Made by a program: the position numbers and the translations under genes
The notes under the pieces: model-generated
What the model was told of the DNA's origin: nothing
Database searches by the model: none
The model's input: only the letters and a program-made list of their open reading frames with translations
Shown here: one piece after another, positions 36,637 through 44,914 of the stretch
Layout of the letters: each line of letters begins with the position of its first letter
Position numbering within the stretch: position 1 is the first letter of the stretch
Source: a virus
Virus record (IMG/VR): IMGVR_UViG_3300033412_000644
Length of the DNA: 51,129 nucleotides
Strand: one strand, 5' to 3'

Positions 36637-36644
36637 GGTGACCC

Positions 36645-36908
36645 ATGCCGTGTCGTGATGGAGGACCCGAACCCGAGACTTCACCAGCGTGGATGCTGTG
36701 TGAGGCGATGATCATCATCGAGAAGAATGGCCTCTTGGAGGAGTGCAGCGCCCAGTTGATCGCCTGGTGGAAGCAGCACTCTCGCAATGAGCGTGACCGC
36801 GTCCGACGTGAGGCAGCTCAGAAGCTCAACTTCCAGGAGCGCAAGGCTCTCGGCATCGATGAGAACGGCCAACGCGCCAAAACCAAGAGGCACGCCGAAG
36901 ATGACTGA
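36645..36908 (+). CDS. hypothetical protein
   Basis: 87 aa. Confidence 0.3.
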   Translation: MPCRDGGPEPETSPAWMLCEAMIIIEKNGLLEECSAQLIAWWKQHSRNERDRVRREAAQKLNFQERKALGIDENGQRAKTKRHAEDD

Positions 36909-37242
36909 CAGACCTGACGGTTGGGACAACCTCGGTGACGAGGCGGCGTATCGCGAGATGATGCGCCGGCTGCGTGACTACGACGCCATGGCTGAAAACC
37001 TGAAGGCAACGCAGGCTCGCTGCGGCCAACTCCTCGAAGAGTTTCGCGCAGAACGCCGGCACAGCAAGGCGCTGGAGGCTGAGGTCGAGGTGTTGAGGTC
37101 GATGCTGGCGCGGCACCAACCTGACACCGATTTCGACCTGAGCTCGGAACACCTCGATGAGTCGCTACCTCCGCCGCCGAGGCTGCCGAGTCCGATTCTC
37201 ATGAACCGCGCCGACAATGACGACGGTGACGGCGATGGGTGA
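36901..37242 (+). CDS. coiled-coil protein
   Basis: Internal ATG overlapping the upstream stop. 113 aa. Confidence 0.35.
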   Translation: MTDRPDGWDNLGDEAAYREMMRRLRDYDAMAENLKATQARCGQLLEEFRAERRHSKALEAEVEVLRSMLARHQPDTDFDLSSEHLDESLPPPPRLPSPILMNRADNDDGDGDG

Positions 37243-37417
37243 GTGGCTCAAGAGCATCGACGGCTGGACGTGGGTCAAGGTCGCGAGCCTGATGCTGTTC
37301 GCTGCGGGCGTAGGCCTGCTGAAGCGCAAGCAGTTCGATGATGAGCTGCGTGAACACCAAGAAAGAGAACGTCAACGAGACAGGATGGGTCGCTTCACTG
37401 ACCCGTTCGACAACTGA
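37217..37417 (+). CDS. small membrane protein
   Basis: One TM helix. Confidence 0.3.
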   Translation: MTTVTAMGEWLKSIDGWTWVKVASLMLFAAGVGLLKRKQFDDELREHQERERQRDRMGRFTDPFDN

Positions 37418-37423
37418 GGAACC

Positions 37424-37660
37424 ATGGAAGAACGAGTTGTTTTCTGGGGCATCCTGGCGGGTGCAGCCTGCCTCTTCAACTGTGCGCGGTCAGACGGTCG
37501 CATCGACTACTGCCGTGTCATCTACTACAACGAGAACAACGTGCAGCTGCCCGTCTACATCGTTGAAGGTCACCGGCCCTGGCGCCCTGACGTCCGCGTC
37601 GCCATCACGACGAACGCCGACGATGCTGAGGCGAAGCGCAAAGCCCTCTGTCCCCAGTGA
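37424..37660 (+). CDS. small secreted/membrane protein, paralog of 3760..4077
   Basis: See 3760..4077: conserved DG-[RK]-[IV]-[DE]-YC ... G-x-RPWR-x-D-x-R-x-A ... CP core. Confidence 0.4.
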   Translation: MEERVVFWGILAGAACLFNCARSDGRIDYCRVIYYNENNVQLPVYIVEGHRPWRPDVRVAITTNADDAEAKRKALCPQ

Positions 37661-37977
37661 AGTGTCGGAAGTACCCGACTCCGGGCACCGTCGTCACGAT
37701 GCCGTCGATCGGATTGGGCACCCCTGATCCGAATCATCCCAACAAGTGGAGCGTGGTCACCGTCCGAGAAGGCACGCCGGCGATGGTGCTGGCCGATGAC
37801 GTGACCTACAAGCTCGCTCGTGAACTGCGCTGTGTTGCCTTCATGCTGCCCACCGGTCAGATCGTTCTTGAAGATCGAGAACGGGTCTCGGGGTGGCAAA
37901 GCCGCGTTATCTGGGCGCCCGAGAGTATTTACCTCGGTGAAACTGACGATCCGACAGCTGCGACGACTGATTCGTGA
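37657..37977 (+). CDS. hypothetical protein
   Basis: 106 aa. Confidence 0.3.
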   Translation: MKCRKYPTPGTVVTMPSIGLGTPDPNHPNKWSVVTVREGTPAMVLADDVTYKLARELRCVAFMLPTGQIVLEDRERVSGWQSRVIWAPESIYLGETDDPTAATTDS

Positions 37978-38245
37978 GGCCATCAGCAACGGCTGGGCAT
38001 CACCGCCGCAGCCCTTGGGCGCAGCGAAGGGCATGACCAACTCCCGAGAGCAGATCGGCTCGTTGGCTGCAAAGGACGTCGACACTGACGATGAGACGGG
38101 CCTGTCGTCCCACCTAGTCGAACCCGAGGTGGACCCCGAAGATTGCTTCGGTCCGGTGCCGCCTCGTAAGGAAGGCGATCCGTTCTACGCCCAACAGGAC
38201 CCCTTCGTCCGAGACGCTGACGTGTTGCCACAGCCGCGACGCTAG
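37937..38245 (+). CDS. small protein carrying the shared N-terminal motif (member 4: VKLTIRQLRRLIREA; GTG start)
   Basis: Motif is in frame inside ORF 37820..38245, at a GTG preceded by CTCGG. Confidence 0.4.
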   Translation: MKLTIRQLRRLIREAISNGWASPPQPLGAAKGMTNSREQIGSLAAKDVDTDDETGLSSHLVEPEVDPEDCFGPVPPRKEGDPFYAQQDPFVRDADVLPQPRR

Positions 38246-38280
38246 TCAACCCGATTCAAATCGTTTCTTGACCAGCTCGT

Positions 38281-38649
38281 TCAGGTCATCAATCGAGTAC
38301 GGTACGGTTTGGCCAGGACTTCGTAGCCCGAGGAAACTCGGGGCGATTGGTTTCCCGTGGTGATGACCAACGGAATCTTCTGTAGTGCCGGCGCCATAGC
38401 GATGACGTTGAGCACGTCCCACCCACTGAAGTAAGGCATCTCCAGGTCGAGCAGGATCAGGCCGGGATGATTGATGCGCTGTGGGTCTGTCAGGATCTTT
38501 ACGGCTTCAACGCCATTGGACACGCCGATGACCTTGTAACCACCGACTTGTAGCATGAGGACGAGCGCGGCGCGCAGGTCAACGTCATCCTCAATGGCGA
38601 GTACGTAATTGATGTGGCGAAGCGAGGCCGGTACGTTGCGGTGTGGCAT
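38281..38649 (-). CDS. standalone CheY-like response-regulator receiver domain
   Basis: LAIEDD acidic pair, phospho-acceptor Asp in ILLDLEMP, conserved T/S and K (LAKPY). 122 aa. Confidence 0.7.
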   Translation of the reverse strand: MPHRNVPASLRHINYVLAIEDDVDLRAALVLMLQVGGYKVIGVSNGVEAVKILTDPQRINHPGLILLDLEMPYFSGWDVLNVIAMAPALQKIPLVITTGNQSPRVSSGYEVLAKPYRTRLMT

Positions 38650-38741
38650 GACTTCCTCATGAGCTTGGTTGGCTGGCGGACAATTCCACCTGAAAACCTA
38701 ATGCCACGCGCGCTCAAAAACACCCCAAAGAGTGCATGAGG

Positions 38742-39128
38742 TCAGTCGACTGTCACCTGGACCGGCACCAGGAGAAACACCATCTTGGCCGCGCTCAACG
38801 ATAGTATCCGCCCAGCTTGCCTGCCGCCCACCACGCTGAAGTAGTTGAGGTTGGGGTCGTCGGGGTCAGAGCCCATGTACGTCAGTAGCGTCCGCCACTG
38901 GACGAGCTCGTCCTTCGGGTACGTCTGCGCTCCGGGAACGCTGAACATGACGCCCCGGCTGTGGGTGTTGCCAACCACGTAGGAAGCACCCATCGTCTCA
39001 TCCTTCATGACGACTCGAACGAGGTCACCTGCACGGAGCTGGCCTCGATTGCAAAACAGCGATCGCTTCACGTGACCACCTCCAGCTCCACGTCCTCCGA
39101 TGACACCCAAATGGGCTTGCCGTCCCAC
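38742..39128 (-). CDS. hypothetical protein
   Basis: 128 aa. Contains a GDLVRVV barrel-like segment. Confidence 0.35.
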   Translation of the reverse strand: MGRQAHLGVIGGRGAGGGHVKRSLFCNRGQLRAGDLVRVVMKDETMGASYVVGNTHSRGVMFSVPGAQTYPKDELVQWRTLLTYMGSDPDDPNLNYFSVVGGRQAGRILSLSAAKMVFLLVPVQVTVD

Positions 39129-39418
39129 AAGACGAAGTGGTACAGCACGATGCCGGGCTTGTAACCAAAGGGACCCGCCTTACCTTGCATCAAGGCTCGA
39201 AAGTCATCACGCTGAGAGCTGACGTACAATGCCTGTGATCCCGCCGGGACGTCATAGAGGTAATTCTCATGTGTAGTGTCGTCGTCCTCCCAACGCTTGC
39301 GCCACCGGGCGCGGGGGCTGTTCATCGCCTCGGGTCGCCCCCGCGCCTTGATGGGCACGTTCTCTCGCTTCTGGATCAGCGTGACCATCGTGCCTGACTT
39401 CAACACCGGCGCCTCCAC
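39068..39418 (-). CDS. hypothetical protein
   Basis: 116 aa. Confidence 0.35.
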   Translation of the reverse strand: MEAPVLKSGTMVTLIQKRENVPIKARGRPEAMNSPRARWRKRWEDDDTTHENYLYDVPAGSQALYVSSQRDDFRALMQGKAGPFGYKPGIVLYHFVLWDGKPIWVSSEDVELEVVT

Positions 39419-39575
39419 TGTCGATTGGGACGGCGGCGAATGCGCGAGGTGAAGCGCTGTTGCTTGGCCTTTTCCTGTGGCAGGCGATAGAAGAACAAGT
39501 AGACGATGATGGCGATGTCAACGATGCAGATGATGATGTCGATGATGCTGAGCCACGTATCGAGTGAATCAAGCA

Positions 39576-40058
39576 TCACCGCCGTCCCGTCTGTGCACAA
39601 TCGCACGTGTCAAACGTCTTGGTGCAGATGCCGCAGATGTGATCATCCGGTTCAGCAGGTTCGACGGCGCTCAACTGACGGGTCACGTCCTTGATGAAGT
39701 TGTCGTAGTTCATCCGCAGCATCCCCAAGTCGACCAACGTCAGCTTCTTCAGCCAGCGCGAGCCGATCTGGACGACCTGTTTGGAGCGCTCACCTGGCAT
39801 GAGAGGGTCGAAGGCGACCTGAAAAGTGTAACGCCACTTGCTGTACGACGTTGCCGGCGCGACTTCACGCTTCACCACTCGGTAGACGATGCGACGGACG
39901 AGGACGTTCTCGGCCTTGATCGTGTCCTGTGAGTAGGGACTGTCCTTTTCGTGAGCCTCGCCGTAGTAGGTGACGAGGTCGCCGACGTCGAGGTAGATGG
40001 GATCAGCCCAAGTCGGGGGAGGTGTCGTCTGCATCGCGCGGTGCGCCCACTTATGCAT
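39576..40058 (-). CDS. paralog-array member G (barrel-like N-terminal region plus conserved C-terminal helix)
   Basis: LDVGDLVTYYGE ... RIVYRVVKR ... YTFQVAFDPLMPG ... LTLVDLGMLRMNYDNFIKD. Confidence 0.5.
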   Translation of the reverse strand: MHKWAHRAMQTTPPPTWADPIYLDVGDLVTYYGEAHEKDSPYSQDTIKAENVLVRRIVYRVVKREVAPATSYSKWRYTFQVAFDPLMPGERSKQVVQIGSRWLKKLTLVDLGMLRMNYDNFIKDVTRQLSAVEPAEPDDHICGICTKTFDTCDCAQTGRR

Positions 40059-40497
40059 CGCCCCGGAGGCGCTTGACCTCCTCCTGAATGAAGGTGTCGA
40101 GCTTGAGGCGCATGGTGCCGAGCTCGACGAGCGTCACTCGAGCCATGTCAGTCGCTCCGACGTTGGTGTGGTCGTTGATGCCTTCATCATCTTCGTCGTC
40201 GCCCGGGTGTCGGAGCGGGTCGAGGACTTCTTTGATGGTGTAGTCGTACTGCCGACTCGAGAAGCGATCGGCCTTCGTGCGCTTTTTGATCCGGTAGATG
40301 ACGCGCTCACCACCGTACAGCACCAGCTCACCCACCTCGAAGATGTTCTTGTCGATGGCGGGCGGGGGCGCCGCTTGCGTTGACGAGCCTCGGCCCGGAA
40401 TCGGGCGATTGGACCACATGCCGCGAGCGGCCTTGGGAGTGGGCGGCGCCTTTTTGGGCGATGATGATGTCTTCCTACCTTGCATGCAGCCGCTCAT
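40051..40497 (-). CDS. paralog-array member F
   Basis: FEVGELVLYGGERVIYRIKKR ... YDYTIKEVLDPLRHPG ... VTLVELGTMRLKLDTFIQEEVKRL. Confidence 0.5.
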   Translation of the reverse strand: MSGCMQGRKTSSSPKKAPPTPKAARGMWSNRPIPGRGSSTQAAPPPAIDKNIFEVGELVLYGGERVIYRIKKRTKADRFSSRQYDYTIKEVLDPLRHPGDDEDDEGINDHTNVGATDMARVTLVELGTMRLKLDTFIQEEVKRLRGDA

Positions 40498-40784
40498 TCC
40501 TCACCTGACTTTCTGCGGACCATGTCCTGAATGATGTTATCGAGCTGAGCTCGTTGGGTACACAGGTCGACAACGCTGGGCACATCGACGCTGCGCCAGT
40601 GAACCTTCTTGGGCCGCAGCACCGAGGGACCAGTCACCGCCCAGAACGCTTCGAGGTGGACGTAGTCGTGGCCAGTGATCTTGTAGACTCGCCACAGGAT
40701 GCCCTCTCCAGCGCCATTTTGCATGGCCATGGTAACAACATCACCCACGGCCAGCGGGTTTTTCTCGCGGTCACGTAGGGGCAC
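40494..40784 (-). CDS. paralog-array member E (short)
   Basis: LAVGDVVTMAM ... GILWRVYKITG ... SVVDLCTQRAQLDNIIQDMVRRK. Confidence 0.45.
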   Translation of the reverse strand: MPLRDREKNPLAVGDVVTMAMQNGAGEGILWRVYKITGHDYVHLEAFWAVTGPSVLRPKKVHWRSVDVPSVVDLCTQRAQLDNIIQDMVRRKSGEE

Positions 40785-41199
40785 TGACGTCCTCCCCTGA
40801 CAGTCTCTTGGCCTCCTGCTGGATGAAGAGGTCCAGGCGGTTGCGTGCCAGGCCGAGCTCCATGAGGTCGAGCTTTATCATGTCACCGCGAAGCTCTCCC
40901 CCTCGGACCGTCGTTGTCTTTGACAGCTTGTAGTCCTGTTTGAACAGGCCGAAGATGGGCTTCAGCGTCACCTTGTACTCAGGCGGCTGTGCACCCCAAC
41001 TCTGCATCTCACCTTTCTTGACGAACTGGACGCGAGTGACCCGATAGATGGTGTTGCAGTTGGACGGGTCGGTGTACCTGATGAGGTCGTTCTTGTGAAG
41101 AACACACTTGACATTGATGATGTCCATGGCGCGTTTGACGACCTCTTTCTGGTAGGGATCCAGTTCCTTGAACATCAAAGCGTGCCGCGGTCTTTCCAC
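40771..41199 (-). CDS. paralog-array member D
   Basis: NTIYRVTRVQFV ... YKVTLKPIFGLF ... MIKLDLMELGLARNRLDLFIQQEAKRL. Confidence 0.5.
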   Translation of the reverse strand: MERPRHALMFKELDPYQKEVVKRAMDIINVKCVLHKNDLIRYTDPSNCNTIYRVTRVQFVKKGEMQSWGAQPPEYKVTLKPIFGLFKQDYKLSKTTTVRGGELRGDMIKLDLMELGLARNRLDLFIQQEAKRLSGEDVSAPT

Positions 41200-41340
41200 A
41201 CCGGATCGGTGCGACGCTTGAGGCGAACGTTGTCGCCGTACTTCGTCGGCGGAGGTGGTTGACCATAGCGTGGCCCGGGCGTGCCTCGCGTCGTGGCCAG
41301 GTACACTGCGGCTGACGCCACAATCGCTATCGTGACGTAG

Positions 41341-41859
41341 TCACCGGGATCCATCGCCTTCCATGCCGCCTTTCATGGCGAGGTCGCGGAGCAGGTTTCC
41401 CAGCTCTACGTACTTGGCGCCGAGGACGACGAGGTCGACCTTGCGCAATTGTTTCAACATGTCGTAGGTGATGATCAGAGTCTCACCTTTGCCTTTGGGA
41501 CTCTTGCCTTTGGGAGTGGCGAAGAACTCGAACAACGGCTTGATGCGGACGAAGCCCGCGACGGCCGAGTTCATGATCTTGCGGCCCTTGTCGTCGAAGT
41601 AGCCTGCCTCGTTTTCCTCAACGTCCTGGTACTCGTAGTCACGCTTCACAGCGTTGTAGACCTGGCGCTTGCGCGTCACGAGCTTGCTGTAGGCGTGAGG
41701 CTTGACAGGCGCGGTGTCCTCGTAGATCTGGAAGATGACTCCGCCAGTCTCGTCTTGGCCGCACGAATAGAGGACAAGGTCGCCTCGAGCGAAACCGTAG
41801 TCGCTGAGACGCTTGTCGAAGTGGTCGTCCTTGTACTGTTGAACCCAGCGCCGACTCAT
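41341..41859 (-). CDS. paralog-array member C
   Basis: FARGDLVLYSCGQDETGGVIFQIYED ... FVRIKPLFEFF ... LRKVDLVVLGAKYVELGNLLRDLAMKG. Confidence 0.5.
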   Translation of the reverse strand: MSRRWVQQYKDDHFDKRLSDYGFARGDLVLYSCGQDETGGVIFQIYEDTAPVKPHAYSKLVTRKRQVYNAVKRDYEYQDVEENEAGYFDDKGRKIMNSAVAGFVRIKPLFEFFATPKGKSPKGKGETLIITYDMLKQLRKVDLVVLGAKYVELGNLLRDLAMKGGMEGDGSR

Positions 41860-42034
41860 CGAGTTGACCGTACACTCTGCGGAGCCACCTTTACAGGTTC
41901 ACTCCCACTCCTCGATGAGTCGACAATCCTGCAGCGACGACCAATTCCAGGTGATGAGGTTGCCGGGTGCGGCACCATTGCGAGAGCCGGCACAGACGAA
42001 AAGCAGCACTTCCCACGACGCAGCGTGGAGGCGC

Positions 42035-42460
42035 TCACCTCCCCAGTAGTTCTTCGTCACGTGAGCTGATGTCGGCGCATAGCCCACCACCATCATCGTC
42101 AGACGGCCGTCCTCCGAAGTCATCAATGTTCCCGGTGGGAACTTTCTCTGGAGTTGTCGACGGCTCAGCGCCACGGTCTTTTGCCTCTGCTGCGATGAAG
42201 TGGCCGAACTTGAGGTACTCGTTGCTCAGGTCGACCAGGGACAGCGGAGTACAGTATCCGGCGCTGAGCCCACGTGACTTCCTGCCTTTGATGTTCGTCA
42301 ACACTCCAAAAACGGGTACGACTTTCAGCATAGGTTCGTGTTGAGAGCGACTGTGGACTTCGGCGACCCGGTAGATGATGCCGTGACCGACGTTGTCATA
42401 GACGCAAGTGCACAGCTCGCCGACTCGCCATGGATGCGTCGATGGTTTCCATTTACTCAT
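42035..42460 (-). CDS. paralog-array member B
   Basis: WRVGELCTCVYDNVGHGIIYRVAEV ... MLKVVPVFGVL ... LSLVDLSNEYLKFGHFIAAEAKDRG. Confidence 0.45.
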   Translation of the reverse strand: MSKWKPSTHPWRVGELCTCVYDNVGHGIIYRVAEVHSRSQHEPMLKVVPVFGVLTNIKGRKSRGLSAGYCTPLSLVDLSNEYLKFGHFIAAEAKDRGAEPSTTPEKVPTGNIDDFGGRPSDDDGGGLCADISSRDEELLGR

Positions 42461-42761
42461 GGTGATCCTGGTCTCGGTCGTGCGTCAGCTTCCGCATGTG
42501 TTTCTCCTGCCAACGACCTTCACGCAGCAGCTGTGTCGCTCGCATCTCGTCGATCTTGTGTTCCAGCTTCTTCATCCTGACCAATGCCGTCGCCACCGAC
42601 ATCAGACCGGCGACGCAGATACCGTTCTGCAGTCGTTCAGGAAAAGCAGGATTCCAGACGATGAAGACGGCAGTTGAGAACAACCACGCCTCTGGAAGGA
42701 ATTCGGCAAGCCAATTGAACAGCTTGGATAGCCAAGGAAGGGGACTTTGCCACAACGTCAT
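42453..42761 (-). CDS. membrane protein
   Basis: Two TM helices. 102 aa. Confidence 0.35.
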   Translation of the reverse strand: MTLWQSPLPWLSKLFNWLAEFLPEAWLFSTAVFIVWNPAFPERLQNGICVAGLMSVATALVRMKKLEHKIDEMRATQLLREGRWQEKHMRKLTHDRDQDHHE

Positions 42762-42773
42762 GATCTCACTATA

Positions 42774-43013
42774 TCACTTGTCGAAAAGTTCTCGCAGCAG
42801 CTTCATGACGTGGGCGGCATGGCGACCGTGCCACGTGAGGCTGGCGGTGTCGACTGCGCAGAGAGGAATCTCCTTCTTTTCCATGAGCTTGGACAACTCC
42901 TTGCCGCTGAGCTCCACCGAGATGAGCTTGCCTTCGACGGTCGGGAACGATTGTCCCAGCGTGTAGGAGTAGGTGACGTCTTGTTTCTTGACGTTGGCGA
43001 TGATCTTGAGCAT
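42774..43013 (-). CDS. hypothetical protein
   Basis: 79 aa. Confidence 0.35.
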   Translation of the reverse strand: MLKIIANVKKQDVTYSYTLGQSFPTVEGKLISVELSGKELSKLMEKKEIPLCAVDTASLTWHGRHAAHVMKLLRELFDK

Positions 43014-43463
43014 TCAAGCGTCCGTTACGAGTTGTGCTTGGTTGAAGTCTTCGTGATCCATCCACACTAGCTTGCCGTGCAGCATCACCACGTGCCAACG
43101 CTTCGGCGGCTGTGCCGGCGACACCATCAATCCACCTTCGTCGAGCATTGGAATGTTGGAGCCTGGCACCATGGCGGGTCCAGGATCGTCTGGCACGATG
43201 ACGACGAAGGTGTCGCCTCGCTTGATCATCACCTGTTCCTGCGTGTAGTCGAGGAAGTTTTCACGGGCCGATGACGTCACAGTGCTGAACATCCACCACC
43301 CGTCGTTGACCAGGAAGTTCCAGCGCCAGAGCTGTCCGGGCCTAACGACGATAGGTTCGACTGGTTCGTCTGACGTCTCGTTGTACCCGTCCATTGAAGT
43401 CCTGATCGAACATGTTGATTCCATGGTCTTCTTCTCGCTCCACTTCGTACTCGACGCTGCCAT
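43014..43463 (-). CDS. hypothetical protein
   Basis: 149 aa. Start uncertain. Confidence 0.35.
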   Translation of the reverse strand: MAASSTKWSEKKTMESTCSIRTSMDGYNETSDEPVEPIVVRPGQLWRWNFLVNDGWWMFSTVTSSARENFLDYTQEQVMIKRGDTFVVIVPDDPGPAMVPGSNIPMLDEGGLMVSPAQPPKRWHVVMLHGKLVWMDHEDFNQAQLVTDA

Positions 43464-43776
43464 CGATGTTGGCGGTGCACTTGATGTCGACGATCGACGG
43501 ATCGTCTACGTCGATGCCGTGGTATGTCTTCAGGTCCTCAGCAACCTCGGCGGACCAGCGAGCGTTGAGCTTCCGGGACTTGGCGAGGATGGGTTGTGAC
43601 TGGACCTCGATGGTCTCCATCCACGGAGGGTTCGCCCACAATACCACGGCTTCTTCGGCCAACGCGACCAACGTGCCGCGTGCGGCTTGGTCTTCAACGT
43701 GGGTGACGAAAGCACCGGGCGCAAGTCGACTGCCGTCTAGGCGCTGGATGAAACTGGGCGCATACTTGCGGAGCAC
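43342..43776 (-). CDS. hypothetical protein
   Basis: 144 aa. Confidence 0.35.
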   Translation of the reverse strand: MLRKYAPSFIQRLDGSRLAPGAFVTHVEDQAARGTLVALAEEAVVLWANPPWMETIEVQSQPILAKSRKLNARWSAEVAEDLKTYHGIDVDDPSIVDIKCTANIDGSVEYEVEREEDHGINMFDQDFNGRVQRDVRRTSRTYRR

Positions 43777-44005
43777 GTTTCATCGTATGCCACACCTCAG
43801 TCGATGGGCAACAACGATTCACACCGCGCAGTCCACAAGCAACCGTAGGCCCACACCGTTCGCCAACTTCGATTGGTGGCAATCACAGTTGCCAGGATCA
43901 TGTCTGGCAGCTCAATGTCGACCTCGACGATATCAGCATCACCGCCGTGAATGGGATAAAGCATTGCGCCGTGAGCGATGCGGACCAGATCACCTGGCAG
44001 CGCGC

Positions 44006-44269
44006 TCACGGCCTGAACAACCACCTTTCGCTCTTGACGTCGTCGATGAAGAGCAGGCGATTGGTACGCAAGTGCAGCAGCGTCGCCGGCATCAGACCGT
44101 AGTCATCGCAGCAGCTGATCACCATCATCAGGTCGCCGTAGTCGAGCTGTACGCCGTCGATGGGATAGTCCGGCACTGTCCACAGTTGGTTGTAGTCGAC
44201 GTCCTCCTCGTGCTCACAGGTCGTCAACAGTTCACCCGGCTCGACGCACATCGGCACCAATGCCATCAC
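44006..44269 (-). CDS. hypothetical protein (possible degenerate array member)
   Basis: VEPGELLTTCEHEED...QLWTV resembles the barrel start of the array family. Confidence 0.3.
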   Translation of the reverse strand: MMALVPMCVEPGELLTTCEHEEDVDYNQLWTVPDYPIDGVQLDYGDLMMVISCCDDYGLMPATLLHLRTNRLLFIDDVKSERWLFRP

Positions 44270-44613
44270 TTCATCCCCTTTCGCTTGGCCTCTTCGAGAA
44301 TGAAGTGGTCAAGTCGCATCCTGGCTGTCGCGAGGTCGAGGAGTCGAACCGCGACCCATCCCCTGGGTTCGGCGGTGGTGTAGCGACGAGGGTCATCGGC
44401 GATGATTGACGCCGACCACAGATCGAGCACGGGATAGAAGTGAAAGCGGAAGCGCTGTTCGGGTGAGGCGCCGAGGACGACGACCTCGATGTCGTGTAGC
44501 AAGTAAACGACCCAGGGTGCGGGTCCAAACGTGGTGCCAGTGCCCGACTGGAGCGTGTTGATGTAGAGTTCGCCCTTGACGTACTCTTTACCCTTGTAGT
44601 CGCCCCGCTCCAT
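44266..44613 (-). CDS. paralog-array member A
   Basis: VKGELYINTL ... FRFHFYPVLDLW ... AVRLLDLATARMRLDHFILEEAKRKG. Confidence 0.45.
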   Translation of the reverse strand: MERGDYKGKEYVKGELYINTLQSGTGTTFGPAPWVVYLLHDIEVVVLGASPEQRFRFHFYPVLDLWSASIIADDPRRYTTAEPRGWVAVRLLDLATARMRLDHFILEEAKRKGMK

Positions 44614-44627
44614 GATTCAAATTACCA

Positions 44628-44903
44628 TCATCGCATCCAGTGGTTCCGCGGAATCCACCAGAAGCGATTGTTGTGGAAGACGGTGCACCGCTCTTCTCCG
44701 TTGTTGTAGCGCTCGACGAAGACGATGAGCGCGGGCCACCGAGAGTCGAGCTTCTTGCCTTCGAGCGGGTCCAGAAACTTGCGCATCCCATCGGGAGGCC
44801 ATTGGCCCTTCACTGTTTCAGGCGCGAACCAGACGAGGTCACCAGGGAGAGGATTCCACGATCCGGACGGCGTCGACTGCAGGTCGATCTGCCTCACGAT
44901 CAA
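44628..44903 (-). CDS. hypothetical protein
   Basis: 91 aa, Trp-rich. Confidence 0.35.
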   Translation of the reverse strand: MIVRQIDLQSTPSGSWNPLPGDLVWFAPETVKGQWPPDGMRKFLDPLEGKKLDSRWPALIVFVERYNNGEERCTVFHNNRFWWIPRNHWMR

Positions 44904-44914
44904 ACACTAACACC

